Part shown: positions 60,059 to 64,000 of the stretch, piece by piece
Layout: the number at the start of each line of letters is the position of its first letter
How positions within the stretch are numbered: the stretch's first letter is position 1
Assembly (NCBI GenBank): GCA_938048455.1
Contig: CALIUY010000030.1
Span: forward strand, 19,568 to 83,567
Source of the DNA: an uncultured Desulfobacterales bacterium
GTDB taxonomy: Bacteria; Desulfobacterota; Desulfobacteria; Desulfobacterales; SpSt-501
Length of the DNA: 64,000 nt
Direction: 5' to 3'
Notes under the pieces: model-generated
What the model was told of the DNA's origin: nothing
The model's input: the letters and a program-made list of their open reading frames with translations, nothing else
Databases searched by the model: none
Program-made: the position numbers and the translations under genes

Positions 60059-61183
60059 ATGCGCACCAAGGTCTGCTCCTGGAACGAATGGGACCCCCTG
60101 CGTCACGTCATCGTCGGCCGGGCCGACGGCACCATGGTCCAGGCCCCGGAGCCCGCCGTCGACCGCGACTGGCCCGAGTACGGCTTCCCGCGTGGGACCT
60201 GGGGGAGGCTCCCCCAGGAGATGGAAGACCGGGCGAACGAGCAGCTCGACCATTTCGCCGCCCTGCTCGAAAAAAGGGGCATCCGCGTCGACCGCCCCAC
60301 CCCCCTCGATTTCAGCCGGCCGGTCGAGACTCCCGACTGGCGGCAGGAGAGCATGTTCGGCTGCATGCCTCCACGGGACGTTCTGCTTACGGTCGGAAAC
60401 GAAATCCTGGAAGCGACGATGTCCTACCGCAGTCGCTGGTTTGAGTACCTCGCCTACCGGCCGCTTCTCGAGCGCTACTTCCAGGAAGACCCCGAGTTCC
60501 GCTGGGAGGCGGCCCCCAAGCCCCGGCTGACCGAACGGACCTACAAAAAAGACTACTGGAAGATCTTCCACGGCCTGAGCGAGGAGGAAAAGCTCGAGCG
60601 CACGCGCCGTCGCGACTGGATCCTGACCGAGGCCGAGCCCTGCTTCGACGCCGCCGACGTCGCCCGCTGCGGCCGGGACCTCTTCGTCCAGCAGTCCACG
60701 GTGACCAACGCCGCGGGGATCGACTGGCTGCGGCGCCATTTCCCCGGTCACCGCATCCATTCCGTGATTTTCCAAGAAGACCAGCCGATGCACATCGACG
60801 CGACTTTCGTGCCGCTGCGGCCGGGCCTGGCCCTCTCCAACCGCGTGCGCAAGCCGCTCACCCCCGAGCTGGTCGAGCTCTTCCGCAAAAACGACTGGGA
60901 GATCGTGGAGTGCGCCAAACCCGCCCACGACAAGAAGGCGAAGCTTTCCTTCTGCAGCGTGTGGCTGTCGATGAATCTCCTCGTCCTCGACCCCCAGACC
61001 GTCTGCGTCGAGGCTTCGGAAGTCGAGCAGATGGAGCAGCTCGACCGGCTGGGCTTCGAGGTGATCCCGGTTCCCTTCTGGGAGGTGGCCGCTTTCGGGG
61101 GCGGGCTCCACTGTGCCACGGCGGACGTCTTCCGCGAGGGGACCCTCGAGGACTACTTTCCGCGGCAGATCTCCGGCTTTTGA
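60059..61183 (+). CDS. Amidinotransferase (glycine amidinotransferase / StrB1-like; guanidino-group-modifying enzyme fold)
   Basis: ORF trimmed to ATG 60059 after GAAAGGA. V.SWNEWDPL..VIVG, EPCFDAAD, PMHIDATF, and C-terminal active-site motif GGGLHCAT.D..R.G. Confidence 0.85.
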   Translation: MRTKVCSWNEWDPLRHVIVGRADGTMVQAPEPAVDRDWPEYGFPRGTWGRLPQEMEDRANEQLDHFAALLEKRGIRVDRPTPLDFSRPVETPDWRQESMFGCMPPRDVLLTVGNEILEATMSYRSRWFEYLAYRPLLERYFQEDPEFRWEAAPKPRLTERTYKKDYWKIFHGLSEEEKLERTRRRDWILTEAEPCFDAADVARCGRDLFVQQSTVTNAAGIDWLRRHFPGHRIHSVIFQEDQPMHIDATFVPLRPGLALSNRVRKPLTPELVELFRKNDWEIVECAKPAHDKKAKLSFCSVWLSMNLLVLDPQTVCVEASEVEQMEQLDRLGFEVIPVPFWEVAAFGGGLHCATADVFREGTLEDYFPRQISGF

Positions 61184-61284
61184 ACATCCCCGGCAGCCGC
61201 CTCCGCAAGCGAGCGGGGGGTCCGTCGGGGATGCGCGCGGCGGGCGGTTTGCAAAACCCGTAAGGGAGAAACGATCGGCCGACC

Positions 61285-61848
61285 TCAGCCGGCGATCGCC
61301 TTGCCGGCGCTCCAGGCGCGGCCGACGGGCTCCCCGATCCGAAAATAGCGGTTTTCCGGCATGGCGAGCACGAAGGGGTCGATCTTGCGCAGATCCGGCC
61401 GCCCCTCGGAAAGCGCGCCCTCGGCGGCGAAGGCCTCGACGACCTCGCCGATGTAAAGGGTGTCTCCGGGGAGGGAAACCTTCTCGACCAGGCGGCAGGC
61501 CATGACCAGGGGGCAGTCGGCGATCAGCGGAGCGTGGGCGAGGGCGCCGCAGAAGACCTCGAAGAGCCGGGACTTGTCTTGGTTGCGCCCCGAGACGATG
61601 CCGCAGTAGTCGGTCTTCGCGAGCAGCGCGACGCTCGGCACGTTGATGCTGAACTCGCCGTGTTCCTCGATCCCCCGGTTCGTGTGATGCCGGCCCAGGG
61701 CGGCGAGCATCATCGGCGGCTTCATGTTGACCCGGGTGACCCAGGCGGCGGCGAGAAAATTCGCTTTGCCCTCCACCACGGCGCCGACGAGCGTCATCGG
61801 CATCGGAAAGGGAAAGGCCTGATCGGGGGGGATGCGGGTATGGCTCAT
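61285..61848 (-). CDS. Flavin reductase-like (FMN-binding split-barrel) domain protein
   Basis: FPMPMTLVGAVVEGKANFLAAAWVTRVNMKPPMMLAALGRHHTNRGIEEHGEFSINVP... has the typical flavin_reduct domain layout. ATGA overlap with the upstream GNAT gene. Confidence 0.8.
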   Translation of the reverse strand: MSHTRIPPDQAFPFPMPMTLVGAVVEGKANFLAAAWVTRVNMKPPMMLAALGRHHTNRGIEEHGEFSINVPSVALLAKTDYCGIVSGRNQDKSRLFEVFCGALAHAPLIADCPLVMACRLVEKVSLPGDTLYIGEVVEAFAAEGALSEGRPDLRKIDPFVLAMPENRYFRIGEPVGRAWSAGKAIAG

Positions 61849-62423
61849 CGTTCCTCCTTTTCGAGATCGAGCACCATGCCGACCTCATCGCAGCGGAAAT
61901 ACTTGGGACAGCGGCTGCACTCGCCCCAGACCTTGGGGGGAAGCTCCTCCCGGGCTTTGCGCACGAAGCCCAGCCGCACGAAGAATTCCTCCGAGAGCGT
62001 GAAGGTGAAGAGCCGGCGGATGCCCAGACGGGCGGCCTCGGCTTTGAGGTGCTCGACGATCCGGCGGCCCAGCCCGCGGTTCTGGTAAGCCGGGTGGATG
62101 GCCAGCGAGCGCACCTCGGCCATGTCCTCCCAGAGGACGTGCAGGCTGCCGCAGGCGACGATCGCTCCGCCCGCCGCCTCGTCGACCACCACCGCGAAAT
62201 CGCGGATGTTTTCGTAGAGGTATTGCGGCCCGCGCGGCAGCATCAGATTGCGCGCGGCGTAGTCGTTCACCAGCGCCAGAATCGCCTCCACGTCGGCGAC
62301 GCGCGCCCTGCGGATCGGCAGGTCGAGCGCCTCGGCGCCGTTTGCAGACTCCGGGTAGGCGACCTTCGGCCGCGTCCCCTCGGGAAGGATTCCCGGCGGG
62401 GGGTGGGGGAATTCTTCGCTCAT
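61845..62423 (-). CDS. GNAT N-acetyltransferase, short N-acetylglutamate synthase-like
   Basis: IRRARVADVEAILALV, acetyl-CoA motif LAIHPAYQNRGLGRRIV, and a C-terminal KVWGECSRCPKYFRCDE Cys motif. This motif is seen in short amino-acid N-acetyltransferases next to arginine genes. Lies 27 nt downstream of carB. Confidence 0.75.
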   Translation of the reverse strand: MSEEFPHPPPGILPEGTRPKVAYPESANGAEALDLPIRRARVADVEAILALVNDYAARNLMLPRGPQYLYENIRDFAVVVDEAAGGAIVACGSLHVLWEDMAEVRSLAIHPAYQNRGLGRRIVEHLKAEAARLGIRRLFTFTLSEEFFVRLGFVRKAREELPPKVWGECSRCPKYFRCDEVGMVLDLEKEER

Positions 62424-62450
62424 CGCATCTCGCTCCTCTTCCCGGAAAGG

Positions 62451-64000
62451 CTACAGCAGGCGGTGGTATTCCTGCAGGCAGCGGTACTCGGAGGGGTGCC
62501 TCTCCCTCGCCCGCAGCCCGCGCACGATCGCCTCGGCCGCCGAGAGGGTGGTGATGAAGGGCACGCGGTACTTGATCGCCGTCCAGCCGATCGCGTACTC
62601 GTCCTGCCGTGCGCGGTGGCCGAGCGGCGTGTTGATGATCAGCTGGATCGCGCCGTTTTTGATGTCGTCGACGACGTTCGGCCTGCCCTCGCTCACCTTG
62701 AGGACCGGTTGCACCGGGATCCCCCGGGAGGCGAGCGTCTCGGCGGTCCCGTGGGTGGCGACGAGCGCATAGCCCAGCTTGTGGAGGTTTTCGGCGATCG
62801 GAACGATGCGCGCCTTGTCGTTGTCGTTCACGCTGAGGAAGACACGCCCGCCGTTGGCGACCTGGATCCCGGTCGCCTCGAAGGCCTTCATGACGGCGTT
62901 GCCGAAGGTTTCGGCGATCCCCATCACCTCGCCCGTCGAGCGCATCTCCGGCCGCAGGAAAATGTCGGCTTTTTCGAAACGGTCGAAGGGGAAGACCGAC
63001 TCCTTGACGGCGACATAAGGCAGCTCCGCGGGCACGCGGAGCTTCAACGCCGCCAGGCGCTCCCCGGCCATGATCCGCAGGGCGAATTTCGCCACCGGGA
63101 TCCCCGTCGCCTTGCTGACGAAGGGGACCGTGCGCGAGGCGCGGGGGTTGACCTCGAGGACATAGAGCGTGTCGTAGAGGATGGCGAACTGGATGTTGAG
63201 AAGCCCTTTCACCTTCAGGCGTGCGGCGATCGCGCGCGTGGCCTCGACAATGTCCTCGCGCTGCTCGCGGCTAAGGAGGTAGGGAGGGAGGACCGCCATG
63301 CTGTCCCCCGAGTGAACCCCCGCCTCCTCGATGTGCTGCATCAGGCCCACGATCGCGGTGTCTTCGCCGTCGCTCAAGGCATCGACATCGAACTCGTAGG
63401 CATCCTCGAGAAACCGGTCGAGCAGCACGGGGTGCTCCTCGGAGGCCCGCACGGCCTGGTGCATGTAGGTTTCGAGCGCCGTCGGATCGTAGACGATCTC
63501 CATCGCCCTCCCGCCGAGGACGTAGGAGGGCCGCACCATGAGCGGAAAGCCGATCTGCCGGGCGGCTGCGGCCGCCTCCTCGACGGAGACGGCCGTCGCG
63601 TATTGGGGGTGCGCGATGTCGAGCTCGTCAAGCAGGGAGCCGAAACGGTCGCGGTCTTCGGCGAGATCGGTCGAGTCGGGCGATGTGCCCCAGATCGGCA
63701 CGCCGGACTTTTCCAAAGCCACGGCCAGTTTGAGCGGCGTCTGTCCGCCGAACTGCAGAATCACCCCCTCGGGTCTCTCGTGTTCGATCACGTTGAGCAC
63801 ATCCTCGTAGGTGAGGGGCTCGAAGTAGAGCTTGTCGGCGATGTCGTAGTCGGTCGAGACCGTCTCCGGGTTGCAGTTGATCATGATCGCCTCGAAGCCG
63901 AGCTCCCGCAGAGCGAAGATTCCGTGCACGCAGCAGTAGTCGAACTCGATCCCCTGGCCGATGCGGTTCGGCCCGCCGCCGAGAATGATCACCTTGCGCC
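62451..64000 (-). CDS. carB: Carbamoyl-phosphate synthase large subunit (C-terminal half; gene continues past the right window edge)
   Basis: IILGGGPNRIGQGIEFDYCCVH, INCNPETVSTDYD, second ATP-grasp half (RPSYVLGGRAME), and C-terminal MGS-like allosteric domain (VFLSVNDNDK...LVATHGTA). The frame is open to position 64000. Confidence 0.93.
   Translation of the reverse strand, partial: RKVIILGGGPNRIGQGIEFDYCCVHGIFALRELGFEAIMINCNPETVSTDYDIADKLYFEPLTYEDVLNVIEHERPEGVILQFGGQTPLKLAVALEKSGVPIWGTSPDSTDLAEDRDRFGSLLDELDIAHPQYATAVSVEEAAAAARQIGFPLMVRPSYVLGGRAMEIVYDPTALETYMHQAVRASEEHPVLLDRFLEDAYEFDVDALSDGEDTAIVGLMQHIEEAGVHSGDSMAVLPPYLLSREQREDIVEATRAIAARLKVKGLLNIQFAILYDTLYVLEVNPRASRTVPFVSKATGIPVAKFALRIMAGERLAALKLRVPAELPYVAVKESVFPFDRFEKADIFLRPEMRSTGEVMGIAETFGNAVMKAFEATGIQVANGGRVFLSVNDNDKARIVPIAENLHKLGYALVATHGTAETLASRGIPVQPVLKVSEGRPNVVDDIKNGAIQLIINTPLGHRARQDEYAIGWTAIKYRVPFITTLSAAEAIVRGLRARERHPSEYRCLQEYHRLL

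Noticed and set aside
1-64000. Search by eye for CRISPR arrays, tRNA/rRNA genes, IS elements, integrases, prophage genes and long direct or inverted DNA repeats.
   Set aside because: None recognised. All gaps larger than 100 nt were read individually and contain only hairpins and promoter-like patches. A computational scan (tRNAscan-SE, Infernal, repeat finders) would be needed to be certain.

Overview
GC-rich bacterial chromosomal segment. Third codon positions are strongly G/C-biased, and most real genes carry long Arg/Pro/Gly-rich shadow ORFs on the opposite strand. I can support about 60 protein-coding genes, one of them apparently frameshifted. By eye I found no rRNA, tRNA, CRISPR array, transposase or integrase, though I cannot run tRNA or repeat finders. 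Genes are tightly packed, with ATGA/GTGA-type start-stop overlaps at 9 or more junctions. The content is mainly anaerobe-style central metabolism and solute uptake. (1) Uptake systems: TAXI-TRAP, a tctCBA tripartite tricarboxylate transporter, a pot-like ABC system, a liv-like ABC system, a peptide/nickel-type ABC system, an MFS transporter and a YeeE/YedE pair. (2) A scattered set of arginine and carbamoyl-phosphate genes: argB, argS, an ATCase-like gene, argF/arcB, arcC, an amidinotransferase, a short NAGS-like GNAT and carB. (3) Others: hybrid cluster protein (hcp), a split transketolase, gabT, a two-subunit CoA-transferase and Moco genes (mobA, moaB, moaE-like). The best candidate for an undescribed system is a translationally coupled four-gene minus-strand operon at 22206..27192. 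It encodes a FemAB/GNAT-like::TraB/GumN(Tiki-like) fusion, a second FemAB/GNAT-like paralog, a radical SAM enzyme with a truncated SPASM/twitch C-terminus, and a glycosyltransferase resembling mannosyl/glucosylglycerate synthases. I see no precursor-peptide ORF there and I do not recognise a pathway. Other notable points: a perfect FNR-consensus box upstream of hcp; a single-base frameshift splitting a DUF4405-type membrane protein gene; a carbon-nitrogen hydrolase::metallo-beta-lactamase fusion ending the pot-like operon; a NYN+LOTUS protein; a radical SAM gene followed by a patatin-like lipase gene; an orphan amidinotransferase; and a 494-nt structured non-coding gap upstream of argF-arcC. 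All family calls come from motif recognition by eye. Start codons were chosen by SD-like sequences and overlaps and may be off by a few codons.
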